Assembly: GCA_963767925.1 (NCBI GenBank)
Contig: CAVYGB010000001.1
Location: 384,001 to 448,000 of the forward strand
Direction of reading: 5' to 3'
DNA from: an uncultured delta proteobacterium
GTDB taxonomy: Bacteria; Myxococcota_A; Polyangia; Fen-1088
DNA length: 64,000 bases
Shown: positions 27,436 through 38,696 of the stretch, one piece after another
How positions within the stretch are numbered: the stretch's first letter is position 1
How the letters are laid out: every line of letters begins with the position of its first letter
Position numbers and translations under genes: made by a program
Notes under the pieces: model-generated
Told to the model about the DNA's origin: nothing
Database searches by the model: none
Seen by the model: only the letters and a program-made list of their open reading frames with translations

Positions 27436-29771
27436 TGGCCCCCCCGAGACGGCCGGCCCTCGTGTTGGCAGCGGCGGTGGCCTTGCAGGCTCGGCCGATG
27501 AACCCAGCCCGGGCAGCCGGAGAGACGTTCGACCTGCCGGGGCAAAGGGCGTTCAGCCGCTGCCACCGCCTGCCAGGCGGAACGCCTCGCCTGAGGCTCA
27601 ATCTTCCACCGAACGCCGATCTGGAGGCGCTCGCCGCCTGGATGTCGGCCGTCGGGTGCGCGACGATCGTGGTTCCGGGCCCGCTGCTGAAGAAGAAGAA
27701 GGTCACTGTCTTCGCTCCGGGAAACCTCGCCCTGACCGACGCTTACCGGCTCTTCTTCGGAGCCCTCGAGGCCCATGGGCTGACCGTCGAGCCGCAGGGC
27801 AAGACTCTGCGCATCGTCGAGAGCGGGCGTGCGCGTTCGAGGGGTCTGCCCGTGATCACGGCGGAGGAGGAGCGCGGCACGCCGGACGAGCGCCACGTGA
27901 CGCGGCTCTTCCGCTTCCAGTACCTGGATCCGACGGCGGTGGTCAGCGAGCTCTTCAAGCACCTCCGGGGCGAAAAGGGGGTGGCCCTGGCCTTCGGAGG
28001 TACGATTGTCGCGACCGACCGGGCGACCATGCTGGAGCGGTTCGGCGAGATCGTGCGGGAGCTGGATCGGCCGGAGGTCGCTCGAGAGCGGCTCTGGCTG
28101 GTCCGGGTGAAGCGCGGCTCCGCGCGGGCCATGGCCGCCCGCCTGGCGCAGATCTTCCAGGTCCGGCAGCCCACGCAGCGACCCGGGCAACGCCTGGTCC
28201 CCCGCCCAGCGCCTGCGCGCCCCGCAAAGAGCCCGCCGCCGTCTCCGCGAAAGGCCGCGCACCGCCTGGATGAGCTGTTGACCATCGAGAAGCTGATCGC
28301 GGACGATCGCAGCGGCCGGTTGATCGTGGTGGCCCGGGAGCCGGCGCACGAGCTGCTGCGCGCGATCATGAGCCGCCTCGAGCTGACCCCGGATCCGGCC
28401 GAGCACGACCTGGTGCATCTCTATCCCTGCGAGTACGCGGAATGCCTCCAGCTGGCCGCCACGCTGAGCGCCATCACCGGCGTTCCGCTGCTGTCGACAG
28501 GCAGTCCTTCGCGGACCGGCTCCCCGCGAGCGCGTCGGTCCCCGGTGCGTGCGTCGCGGCCGAGGGGTCGGTCCGCTCCGTCGCCCGCTCCGGCGGAGCG
28601 GGAGCTCTTCGGGCGGGGCGTGCGTCTCGCGGTCGACGCCGGCACCAATACCCTCCTCGTCGTCTCGACCCGACCCGACTTCGAGGCGCTGCGCCGCCTG
28701 GTGGCCCGGCTCGACGTCCCCCGAAAGCAAGTTTATATCGAGGCGCTCGTGCTGGAGGTCCTGCTCGACAGGAACCAGGAGCTAGGCGTCGCCTACCACG
28801 CGGGTCGATCCGTCGACCTGGTCGGGGCGCGCGCCGTGGCGCTCGGTGGCTTCGAGCCGGGCACGACTCTGAATCCGGCGGGACTGGCCGGCGACCTGGT
28901 CGGTCTGGCCGGCGCGCTGTTCGGACCGGCGCTCGACGCGGCCGCCAGCCGGCTGGTCGGGGTCGCGCTGGATATTCCGTCGTTCGGGGCGTTCGTCCAG
29001 GCGCTGCAACGAGACGACGACATCAAAGTCCTCTCCTCCCCGAACCTCCTCATCACCAGCAATCAGGAAGGAGAGATCTCGGTCGGACAGCGGTTGCCCT
29101 TTCCCTCCGGGTTCCTGAGCGGCTCGCCCCCGGCGGTGGGGGTACCGTCCGGTCTCCTGCCACAGGTCTCCGTCCAGCGCGAAGATGTCTCGTTGCGAAT
29201 GAAGCTGGCCCCCCGGGTAACCGAGCGGGACCAGGTCCGGCTGAACGTGGACGTCGAGATCTCGGACCTGGCCGCCGCCAACTTCAACGGGCTGGGGCCA
29301 GCCACGTCCAGGCGGTCAGCCAGGACCGAGGTGATCTGTCACGACCAGCAGACGGTGGTCATCGGAGGGTTGATGGCGGATCGGACGACCGACACGAGCA
29401 CCAAGGTGCCCCTTCTCGGGGACCTTCCCGTGGTCGGCCTCCTCTTCCGGCGCAGCTCGAAGCAGGTTCAGAAGTCGAACCTCATCATCGCGCTGACACC
29501 GCACGTGATCTCGGAGGTCGGGGACTTGCGCCGGGTCGCCGAGCGCAAGATGCGTGAGCGCCGGGAGCTCGTCGAACGGTTCTCGTCCCGGCCGGAGTCG
29601 GTATGGTCCGCGATCTCCCGGGGGCTGGAGATCGACTACCGCGACCGACGCGGCATGCTCGAGCAGATAAACCGTGCCGCGCGAGAGATCGACGAGGAGG
29701 ACGCGGACCTGCGGCGCTTCCGGCTGGAGAGGCAGCAAGAGGCTGTGCCGGTCGGTCCCGGGTCGAGCTGA
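27435..29771 (+). CDS. gspD: Type II secretion secretin (GspD-like)
   Basis: N-domains, LDVPRKQVYIEALVLEV, VLSSPNL, TVVIGGL, KVPLLGDLPVVGLLFR, NLIIALTPHVI. Confidence 0.9.
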   Translation: MAPPRRPALVLAAAVALQARPMNPARAAGETFDLPGQRAFSRCHRLPGGTPRLRLNLPPNADLEALAAWMSAVGCATIVVPGPLLKKKKVTVFAPGNLALTDAYRLFFGALEAHGLTVEPQGKTLRIVESGRARSRGLPVITAEEERGTPDERHVTRLFRFQYLDPTAVVSELFKHLRGEKGVALAFGGTIVATDRATMLERFGEIVRELDRPEVARERLWLVRVKRGSARAMAARLAQIFQVRQPTQRPGQRLVPRPAPARPAKSPPPSPRKAAHRLDELLTIEKLIADDRSGRLIVVAREPAHELLRAIMSRLELTPDPAEHDLVHLYPCEYAECLQLAATLSAITGVPLLSTGSPSRTGSPRARRSPVRASRPRGRSAPSPAPAERELFGRGVRLAVDAGTNTLLVVSTRPDFEALRRLVARLDVPRKQVYIEALVLEVLLDRNQELGVAYHAGRSVDLVGARAVALGGFEPGTTLNPAGLAGDLVGLAGALFGPALDAAASRLVGVALDIPSFGAFVQALQRDDDIKVLSSPNLLITSNQEGEISVGQRLPFPSGFLSGSPPAVGVPSGLLPQVSVQREDVSLRMKLAPRVTERDQVRLNVDVEISDLAAANFNGLGPATSRRSARTEVICHDQQTVVIGGLMADRTTDTSTKVPLLGDLPVVGLLFRRSSKQVQKSNLIIALTPHVISEVGDLRRVAERKMRERRELVERFSSRPESVWSAISRGLEIDYRDRRGMLEQINRAAREIDEEDADLRRFRLERQQEAVPVGPGSS

Positions 29772-30249
29772 GCGGAATCCAAGCGCCTCAACCCGGCGGT
29801 CGGTCCAGGGGCTCGTGAGCGCGCGCGCTGAGAGAAAAGGCCACGATGCCGCCGGCTACGACGAGCTGGACCGGCGCCGTGACAGCTCGCGCGGTCGGGA
29901 GCAGGAGGCTGCCGAGCGATAGCCAGAGCGCCACCGCGACGTTCATGCAGCAGGCACACCGCCAGCCGGTCAGGCCCCGCGCGGAGTGAAAGATCACGGC
30001 GACCCCGGAGGTGAGGGCCACGGCGATCTGCTCCCGCTGGTCCTGGGCGAGGAGCTGTCTGGCCGGGTGTACGTCCGCGACGTCTCGGGCGGGCTGCTGG
30101 TCGAGCTGCGCAAGGAGCGCAGCTACCCGTGAACGCGGCTGCGGCAGGCCGGCACCGCTACTGCGCATGCCGTCACTGGTCACCGAATTTTACCTCCGCC
30201 CTACTTCTTTGGCGGCCACCGAGCCGGCCAGCGGTGGCATACCGGCAAC

Positions 30250-30999
30250 ATGACGAGCCGTCTCCCCGCCATCGCGCCCCGTCCTTCCCGCGCCTGGGCC
30301 CTGGGCGCGTTGCTCCTCACCGCCTGCGGCGAAGAACAGCCGGCGGGAGGGCTTTCACCGGGCGCCCCCGCCAGCGTCGATGCCGGCACCACCCCCGCCC
30401 CGTCCGACGCGGCCACGTCGCCAGCACCCGGCGCCGACTCCGGCGCGAACGGTGACGCCCGCGCCGCCGTCCCTCCCGACGCGCGGCCCTGCACGCCCCC
30501 GTCCCCCGCCGGCGCCCCCCGCGCCGAAGCCTACCCACCCGCTCCTTACGGCATCGGCCATTGCCAGACCGTCGGCGACGTCACGTTCAAGCGGAGCGAC
30601 GACACCCCCCTGTCTCTGGCCGACATCCGCAGGATGGCCAGCGTCGAGGTGATCGTCGTGCTCGAGGCGGGCAGCAACCAGGTTTCGCACGTCCAGCGCC
30701 TCACCCCGATTTACGCCGAGCTGGCCGCCCAGGGCGTCTACGTCCTCGCCGTGCTCGCCGAGTCCGGCAGCACCGCCGCGGCCCTGGCTGCCTGGGAAGC
30801 CGCCGCCGCCTTCCCCGGTACCTCCGTCCACGGCAGCCGCATCGCCGGCCCGGGCGGCATCACCAGCGGCTACCCCAACGTCTACATCATCCAGGCCGAC
30901 ACGATGCAGATCCACACCCGCATCACCGGCTTCGCCACCATCACCACCGACTCCGTCCGCACCGCCACCCTCCAGGCGCTGGACCGTAACCGCCCCTGA
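30250..30999 (+). CDS. Lipoprotein with redoxin-like C-terminal fold lacking CxxC
   Basis: Lipobox LTAC, YPPAPYG, GYPNVYIIQADTMQI. Confidence 0.65.
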   Translation: MTSRLPAIAPRPSRAWALGALLLTACGEEQPAGGLSPGAPASVDAGTTPAPSDAATSPAPGADSGANGDARAAVPPDARPCTPPSPAGAPRAEAYPPAPYGIGHCQTVGDVTFKRSDDTPLSLADIRRMASVEVIVVLEAGSNQVSHVQRLTPIYAELAAQGVYVLAVLAESGSTAAALAAWEAAAAFPGTSVHGSRIAGPGGITSGYPNVYIIQADTMQIHTRITGFATITTDSVRTATLQALDRNRP

Positions 31000-31086
31000 C
31001 CCCCGCGTCGCCGCAGCCCGGCCCGGTCCCCGCCGCGCAAAGTGCGGGCTGAGGCTGGCGGAGGATCGACGGGCGGGGCGGGATGA

Positions 31087-31851
31087 TCAGGCGGGTTCCG
31101 GGAGGACAGGGGGCGTGGTGCTGGGGTGCGGCCCGGGGGGCGGGGTGTAGTCGAGGAGGAGGAAGGGGAGCCAGAGGCCGGGTTCGCTGGGGGCGGCGCC
31201 CGCGGCGATGTGGGCGATGCCGCGCTCGGCGTCGTCTTCGGTCGGCAGCAGGCCGTGGGCGTTGGCGCGCAGGCCGAGGGTGCGGGCGAAGGTCAGGTCC
31301 AGGCGGTTGCAGTACCAGGAGTGGGGCTGGGCGTTTCGCGCTTCGAAGCCCAGGGGCTCGAACCCCAGGACGGTGCCACCTGGGGGCAGCGGGGTGCTGC
31401 GCGCGAGCAGCGTGTGCAGGCCACCCGCCCCCTCCTCGGGCGACCGGGGAGCGGCCCAGTCCAGGTATCGGGTTGCGTGCGCGGGGGAGAGGGCGAGGCC
31501 CAGCGCCACCCAGGGGCGGCCCGGCGGGAGCTGAGCCAGCAACTCGACCAGCCCGGCCCGCGACAGCACGACGTTCGGCCAGCCGAAGCGACCGTCGTCG
31601 AATCCCGCCGTGACCAGGTCGGTGACCGTGCGGAGCGCCTCCTCGCTCAGGCCCAGCTCGGCCGCGGCGGCCTGCCGCTCTGTGGGCGTGTGGCCGGTCC
31701 AGGCGAGCGACCAGGTGTCGGGCACGAACCGGGCGAGGCAGGAGGAGGCGGTGAGCAGCGGAGTGGGAAGGCCCTCGTCGAGCTCGTCGCGCCCGACGGG
31801 TTCGGTCAGGAGGTAGCCGGCGAAGAGATACCGAGCGCGATCCGGTTCCAT
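31087..31851 (-). CDS. Hypothetical protein
   Basis: 254-aa ORF with GC3-biased codons; motifs LGFEP, HSWYCN, NAHGLL. Confidence 0.75.
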   Translation of the reverse strand: MEPDRARYLFAGYLLTEPVGRDELDEGLPTPLLTASSCLARFVPDTWSLAWTGHTPTERQAAAAELGLSEEALRTVTDLVTAGFDDGRFGWPNVVLSRAGLVELLAQLPPGRPWVALGLALSPAHATRYLDWAAPRSPEEGAGGLHTLLARSTPLPPGGTVLGFEPLGFEARNAQPHSWYCNRLDLTFARTLGLRANAHGLLPTEDDAERGIAHIAAGAAPSEPGLWLPFLLLDYTPPPGPHPSTTPPVLPEPA

Positions 31852-31885
31852 GGGCCGCGCTCCGTATACCTCACCCGCCGCCTGT

Positions 31886-34543
31886 TTAGAGGCAGGTCAG
31901 GCTGCCGGCGGTCACCTTTGTAGCGGCGTTGAAGCTCTGGGAGTTGGTGGAGTAGTTGAAGGTCCTGGAGGCGCCGGGGGCGAGCGAGGCGCTCGACCAC
32001 TTGAAGATGCAGTGGTTCGACGTGGTGCGGGCGGAGGTGCCGCTGCCGGTGAGGGGCGACAGGGTGGCGCCCGAGGGGACGGCGTCGGCGGTGCAGCTCA
32101 CGCCGGCGGGGACGTCGAACTCGGCCTTGAGCCCGGTGACGGTGGTGCTGCCGTTGTTCTTGAAGGTGACGGTGCCCCACCAGCTGGAGTAGGCGTAGAC
32201 GTTCTGGGTGATGGCGAAGGCGCAGTTGGTGGCGACGGGGGGCGGAGCCGGGGGGGGCACCGAGGTGCCGGAGATCATGATCCGGTCCAGGTCGGGGGCG
32301 TAGACGCTGTTGTTGTAGAACTTGATGGAGTTGTTGCCCGCCTTGAGCGACACGGTCGTCGTGGAGGCAGTGCTGCGGTGCCAGTCGGGACCGAACAGCT
32401 TGAGCGTCTTGGCCGAGCCGCCGTTGACGCTGATGTAGAAGGTCCGCTCCTCGCCGCTCACCCCGAAGACGGTCATGTTGTAGGTGCCGGCGGTGGTGAC
32501 GTTGACGTTGTTGATGGTGACGTAGTTCGAGCTGGTCTTGCCGATGAAGCCGATCTTGTTGCCGCCGGTGCAGGCGCCACGCGGCCCGCCCGAGGTGGTG
32601 CTGCCCCCGAACTTCATCTGGGCCTTGGCGCAGGTCAGGGTCCGGGTGGCCCCCACCATCACGTTGCCCGGGGCCTCGGCCTCGTACAGGGCCACGCCGC
32701 TGCCGCAAATCCCGGTGATGCCGCCGCCGCCGCAGGTCAGCCCGGAGCCGCAGCTGCCGCAGGTCGAGACGGTGCGGGTCTGGCCGCAGTTGTCGGTCGC
32801 CGTCACGGCGCCGCAGTTCCGGCCCAGGCGCTTGCAGAAGGCGGCGCTGGTCTCCGCCACGCAGGCCACCGGGGTGCCAGGCACGTCGAAGCTCTTCTCC
32901 CACATGTGCACGTAGGTCTCGCTGAGGACCTCCTTCAAGGTGCCGCAGGCGTCGTTGACGATGGCGCCCCGGCGGTAGTCGACTCCCTCGGCCGCGAGCT
33001 GCATGTAGCTGTTCATGGGGGCGGTGGTGCCGGGCACCGTCGACCAGGGGACGGCCGCCCGGGTGCAGAAGCCAGGCGACCAGTCCAGGCCGCTGTCACA
33101 CTTGCCCGCCGGCACCGGCTCGCCGTACCAGGTGTTGAGGAACATGGCGCCGCCGCAGCGGCGGGGCACCGGCTTGTTCGCCCGGCCGCCCTGCCAGTCG
33201 AGGTAGGCGGCGTTGAGCTCGACGATGCTGTTGACCATGCCGGCCGGCATGACGCTGGTGTGGGCGGCGGCGTCGTCCAGGGCGACGCTGATGGTTCCGT
33301 CTTCGTTGTTGAGCGCCATGTAGAGCGCCTCGGCGTAGGTGGGCGGGTTGATCGACTGCGGGTTGCCGAGCACGATGGCGTTGTCGTCGACGCCGAGCAC
33401 CCAGGAGGAGAAGTCGACCATGACCGACTGGTTGTTGGTGGTGGCGGTGATGAAGGCGAGCTCACCGGCCACGAACGTGGTCTCGGAGATGCGGCCCGCG
33501 CGCCAGACCGGCGCCGCGTTCATCATGCCCGGGTAGACGGCGACGGCGGTGCTGAGGGTGGGGTCGTGGGGAGCGCTGGCCTCGATGCCGCTCACCTCCA
33601 TGATCTGCGAGGGGCCGGCGTTCCAGCGGAAGACGGCCTTGATGAAGCCGGCCATGCCGGGCCAGGTGGTGCTCGGGGGAGCGGCCATGACGAACACGCA
33701 GTAGGTGCGGTCTCCCCACACGATGGCCTCCCAGGCCTGCAGGGCGATGGGCCCCCCGGAGCTGCTGGCGAACCCCCAGGGCAACTTTCCGAGGGCCACC
33801 GAGATCTTGGCGTTGGCGCTCTGCTGACCCAGCAGCTTGGGGAACGCCGTGGAGCCGATGCCCATGACCACGCAGCGGGCGGTCTTGGCCGACCACAGGT
33901 CCTCCATGCTGTAGAGCATGGTGGTGGTGCTGCTGGTCGAGGCGAGGTTGTGAATGTTCTTGCCCGAGGTGGTGCCGGCCAGGGTCCCGCTCCCGAGGCT
34001 GGTCCCCGCGATGGCGTTGCCCGCCAGGTTGGTCCCGGCGACGTTCGAGCCGCCCAGGTTCGAGCCACCGAGGTTCGACCCGCCCAGGTTCACGCCGCCC
34101 AGGTTCGACCCGCCCAGGTTCACGCCGCCCAGGTTCGACCCGCCGAGGTTGTTGCCACCGAGGTTGTTGCCGCCGAGGTTCGACCCACCGAGGTTGGCCC
34201 CGCCCAGGTTGGCACCGCCGAGATTCACGCCGCCCAGGTTGGCGCCGCCCAGGTTGGCCCCACCCAGGTTGGCGCCACCGAGGTTCACGCCGCCCAGGTT
34301 GGTGCCGGCGGCGTTTTCGGCCGAGAGTGCGGCGGGGGCCAGCGCCTGGACGTCTTCCTCGGCCACCGGCAGCTCGGGGAGCATCTCCAGGCCGGTGTCG
34401 GCCGGGGGCAGACAGGCGACTCCAGTCAGCGCCAGCCACACACCCACGCCGAACATCCTCGAGAAGCCCCCACTCCGCGATCGTCCCATGCGACGAGACA
34501 ACTGCACGAACCATGCGGGCCGAAGGCAGCCGGCGTCGCCCAC
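31886..34543 (-). CDS. Secreted lipoprotein: pentapeptide repeats, unknown domain, Cys-rich linker, CBM6/35-like, CBM2-like
   Basis: GVAC lipobox, (GxNLG)n, DNCGQTRTVSTCGSC, YEAEA...LKAGNNSIKF...APDLDRI, and a terminal beta-sandwich with flanking Cys. True start probably 34489 or 34456. Confidence 0.85.
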   Translation of the reverse strand: MGDAGCLRPAWFVQLSRRMGRSRSGGFSRMFGVGVWLALTGVACLPPADTGLEMLPELPVAEEDVQALAPAALSAENAAGTNLGGVNLGGANLGGANLGGANLGGVNLGGANLGGANLGGSNLGGNNLGGNNLGGSNLGGVNLGGSNLGGVNLGGSNLGGSNLGGSNVAGTNLAGNAIAGTSLGSGTLAGTTSGKNIHNLASTSSTTTMLYSMEDLWSAKTARCVVMGIGSTAFPKLLGQQSANAKISVALGKLPWGFASSSGGPIALQAWEAIVWGDRTYCVFVMAAPPSTTWPGMAGFIKAVFRWNAGPSQIMEVSGIEASAPHDPTLSTAVAVYPGMMNAAPVWRAGRISETTFVAGELAFITATTNNQSVMVDFSSWVLGVDDNAIVLGNPQSINPPTYAEALYMALNNEDGTISVALDDAAAHTSVMPAGMVNSIVELNAAYLDWQGGRANKPVPRRCGGAMFLNTWYGEPVPAGKCDSGLDWSPGFCTRAAVPWSTVPGTTAPMNSYMQLAAEGVDYRRGAIVNDACGTLKEVLSETYVHMWEKSFDVPGTPVACVAETSAAFCKRLGRNCGAVTATDNCGQTRTVSTCGSCGSGLTCGGGGITGICGSGVALYEAEAPGNVMVGATRTLTCAKAQMKFGGSTTSGGPRGACTGGNKIGFIGKTSSNYVTINNVNVTTAGTYNMTVFGVSGEERTFYISVNGGSAKTLKLFGPDWHRSTASTTTVSLKAGNNSIKFYNNSVYAPDLDRIMISGTSVPPPAPPPVATNCAFAITQNVYAYSSWWGTVTFKNNGSTTVTGLKAEFDVPAGVSCTADAVPSGATLSPLTGSGTSARTTSNHCIFKWSSASLAPGASRTFNYSTNSQSFNAATKVTAGSLTCL
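34006..34306 (-). repeat. 15-bp coding tandem repeat
   Basis: 17 G-[TVASN]-N-L-G units followed by degenerate GSNVA, GTNLA, GNAIA. Confidence 0.95.
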
Positions 34544-34930
34544 CTCCAGCGCGAGGAATCGGGAGCGTTTACCGGCGGTTCACGAGAGCGGTCGACCGCC
34601 GCGCCCCCGCCGGGTCACTCGACGTTGCTTCCGGTGCAACGTCTCCCGTTGTCTGAAGCGCAGCGGCGCAAGCTGCCCACAAGAGGGTGACCCGCGCCCC
34701 CCTGCGTGCATCTGCCCATCAATGCCCCCGCCATCGGCGCGAAGTGGGGCGAACATCGGGCCAGGCTCCACCGAGACTACCTTCGCTTCAGCATCCGCGT
34801 GCACAGCAAGCGCGACATGAAGCTGTTCGTGAACACGAGCGGGGTTCGCTTCAACGGCGACGCCTCCGCGCGGGCCTGGGCCGCCGGCTCGCGCGCCCTG
34901 AATCGCCCCCTCCGGAGGCGCGGTAACCCC

Positions 34931-35000
34931 TCGGCTAAAGCGAAAGGTCCTCACCACGCATCGCAAAAACCGGCAGGACCGAACCGAAGTTCCTCATGGT
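34931..35000 (+). promoter_or_regulatory. LysR-type boxes plus conserved element upstream of groEL
   Basis: TCG-N7-CGA at 34931-34943, TCG-N7-CGG at 34961-34973, then 13 nt, then AAGTTCCTCATGGT at 34987-35000. Confidence 0.6.
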
Positions 35001-35108
35001 CATCCCACCCGCTGAACGCTATTAAGTCCAGCCGACAGCAAGACCGTCCAGGCGGACCGGGCGCTGCGCCCACTGGCGGCATCGAGTCAACGAAGGGAAC
35101 CAGCCTAC

Positions 35109-36778
<1,670 letters not shown>

Positions 36779-36782
<4 letters not shown>

Positions 36783-37690
36783 CGAGGCGAGCCGAAGATG
36801 TCCTGGCGGGCTGATTCGCAGATCGCCACGACCGCGGGATGTTTGATCCGCCGCTCGACGGAGATGGCAAAGAACTGCTGTCGGACGGCGGTCGAACGTC
36901 CCACGGGTCGCACCTTGTAGTGGGCGAGGACCTCGGCTTCGATGACCGAGGGGATGGTGAAGACACCCATCCCCTGTTCTCCGAAGTCCTTGGCCAGCGC
37001 GCTGTCGTCGCACTCGGCGACGATGGTGGGGCTGATGTTCTCGGAGGTGAACCAGTGCTCGAGGGACCGGCGGACCATCGAGGGAGCCCCGGGGAGCAGG
37101 AAGGGGACGCCTTCCAGGGAAGCGGGGAACTTGCGACGCAGCGGCGCCGCCATGGCGGGAGCGGCGAGGAACGTCGTGCCGCACTCGCCGAGCAGGTGGC
37201 CGAACGCCCGCACGGCGATGCCCGGTCCCGGTGGGCCGTCGGCCAGCACGATGTCGACCCGATGAAGGGCCAGCTCGGCGACGAACTCCTCGACCGACTT
37301 GTCGGCCCGACAGATGACCCGGACCGGGTAGCCGAGGTGAAAGGCAGGCTCCAGGAACCGCCGCACCAGCGAGGGGGTGATGACGTCGGCGATCCCGACC
37401 ACCAGGCGCATCGGCTTGCCGCTGGCCCGTCCCTTGAGGGTGTCGACGAACTCTCGCCCCAGGGAGAAGATCTCGTCGGCGTAGCGGAACGCCAGGCGAC
37501 CGGCGTCGGTCAGGACCAGGAGCCGGCCCCGGCGGGCGAACAGCTTCTCGCCGAGGACCTCCTCGAGCCGATGGATCTGGCCGCTGATCGTGGGGTGGGC
37601 GAGGCGGAGCTCCTTGCTGGCCCGGACGATGCTCCCCTCCTTGGCCACCATCCAGAAGTACAGAAGATGGTGGTAATTCAGCCATTCCAT
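36779..37690 (-). CDS. nhaR: LysR-family activator NhaR
   Basis: [48 protein letters not shown]. Confidence 0.88.
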
Positions 37691-37703
37691 GCCTGGCAGG
37701 ATA

Positions 37704-37846
37704 TGTCGTCTTTCTCGACAAAGCACGCTGCTCGGTCGGAAAAGCCGGCGCCGGCCGCCCGGGCGGAACGGTCATCGACCGTCGAAATGCCGAGCGGGCA
37801 CGGTCGACGGCTTTTGCGACGGCAACAGCCGCAAGTTCCACATGGT
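37704..37846. promoter_or_regulatory. Divergent nhaR/HPF control region with T-N11-A boxes
   Basis: TGTCG-N7-CGACA at 37704-37720, TCG-N7-CGG at 37736-37748, ACG-N7-CGA at 37807-37819, then 13 nt, then AAGTTCCACATGGT at 37833-37846. Confidence 0.65.
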
Positions 37847-37980
37847 TGGCGCTCCCCACGGGCAGTAGGACTGAAGGACCAGGGAGGCTTCATGGAACGC
37901 AACCTATCGACAATGGCAAGGATCATCCGGGTAGCAGCAGGGCCCTCCGTCCTCTCGCTGTGCGTGCCGCGAGAGGCTCG

Positions 37981-38262
37981 ATGAAGGTTCAGTTCAAGGA
38001 CGCCAAGATCCCCGAGGCCCTCCGATCCCACGTGGAAGGCCGCCTGGGCCTGGCCTTCGGTCGATTTGCCGAACGCATCGAGCGGGTCACGGTGCGAATC
38101 TCCGCCCTCGGTGACGACCGGCGCTGCCGCATCGACGTCGGCCTGCGGGGCAGGATGATCCGGGTCGACGTCCTGAACGTCGATCCGTTCGCCGCCGCCG
38201 ACGATGCCATCTCGCGCGCGGGCAGCTCCATCTCCCGGGCCATCGAGCGGGAGGCGGTATGA
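37981..38262 (+). CDS. HPF/RaiA-family ribosome-associated protein
   Basis: ALRSHVEGRLGLAFGRFAERIERVTVRI...CRIDV...AAADDAISR; lies divergent from nhaR. Confidence 0.8.
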   Translation: MKVQFKDAKIPEALRSHVEGRLGLAFGRFAERIERVTVRISALGDDRRCRIDVGLRGRMIRVDVLNVDPFAAADDAISRAGSSISRAIEREAV

Positions 38263-38666
38263 AGGCGGCCCGCGAGGAGAAGGGTCCTGCCCAGGAAGCG
38301 ACGCCCCCGGCTGCCGGCGACGGCGGACACCTGCCGGGGCTCCCCTCGCTGCCCCCCGGTCACGGCAGCCAGGTGGCCTGGGGCTTCAACTCCCCGATCG
38401 ACGGCGCCATGTACGAGTTCTACCGGGTCTACCGCCAGCCCGAGCCGCTCAACGGCCTGGGGCCGATCTGGCAGCTCGATCGGGACCTGAGCTACTGGCT
38501 CACGATCTCCTTCTCCCCGGACGATCCGACCCACCAGCACCCGCGCTGGCGCTCGGTGAGCTACCGGCAGGCGCGAGAGCGCGCGGGCCCCAAGCTGAGC
38601 TTCGAGCGCTTCTCGTCGTCGCTGCTCATGCGAGACGACACCACCGGGCTGCTGCAGGCCGCCTAG
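38259..38666 (+). CDS. Hypothetical protein
   Basis: ATGA overlap with the HPF gene; GC3-biased codons. Confidence 0.7.
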   Translation: MKAAREEKGPAQEATPPAAGDGGHLPGLPSLPPGHGSQVAWGFNSPIDGAMYEFYRVYRQPEPLNGLGPIWQLDRDLSYWLTISFSPDDPTHQHPRWRSVSYRQARERAGPKLSFERFSSSLLMRDDTTGLLQAA

Positions 38667-38696
38667 CGGGAGCGACCGCCGCCGCTGGCTGGCTGG

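Noticed and set aside
29788..30183. 131-aa minus-strand ORF with hydrophobic end
   Set aside because: No recognisable motif; it may be a remnant and cannot be supported as a gene.
34006..34306. CRISPR-like array
   Set aside because: Contiguous 15-bp in-frame coding repeats with no spacers and no cas genes.
34706..34900. Protein-like text upstream of groEL (RDYLRFSIRVHSKRDMKLFVN)
   Set aside because: It is not GroES-like and has no clear start or stop; possibly a remnant but unsupported.
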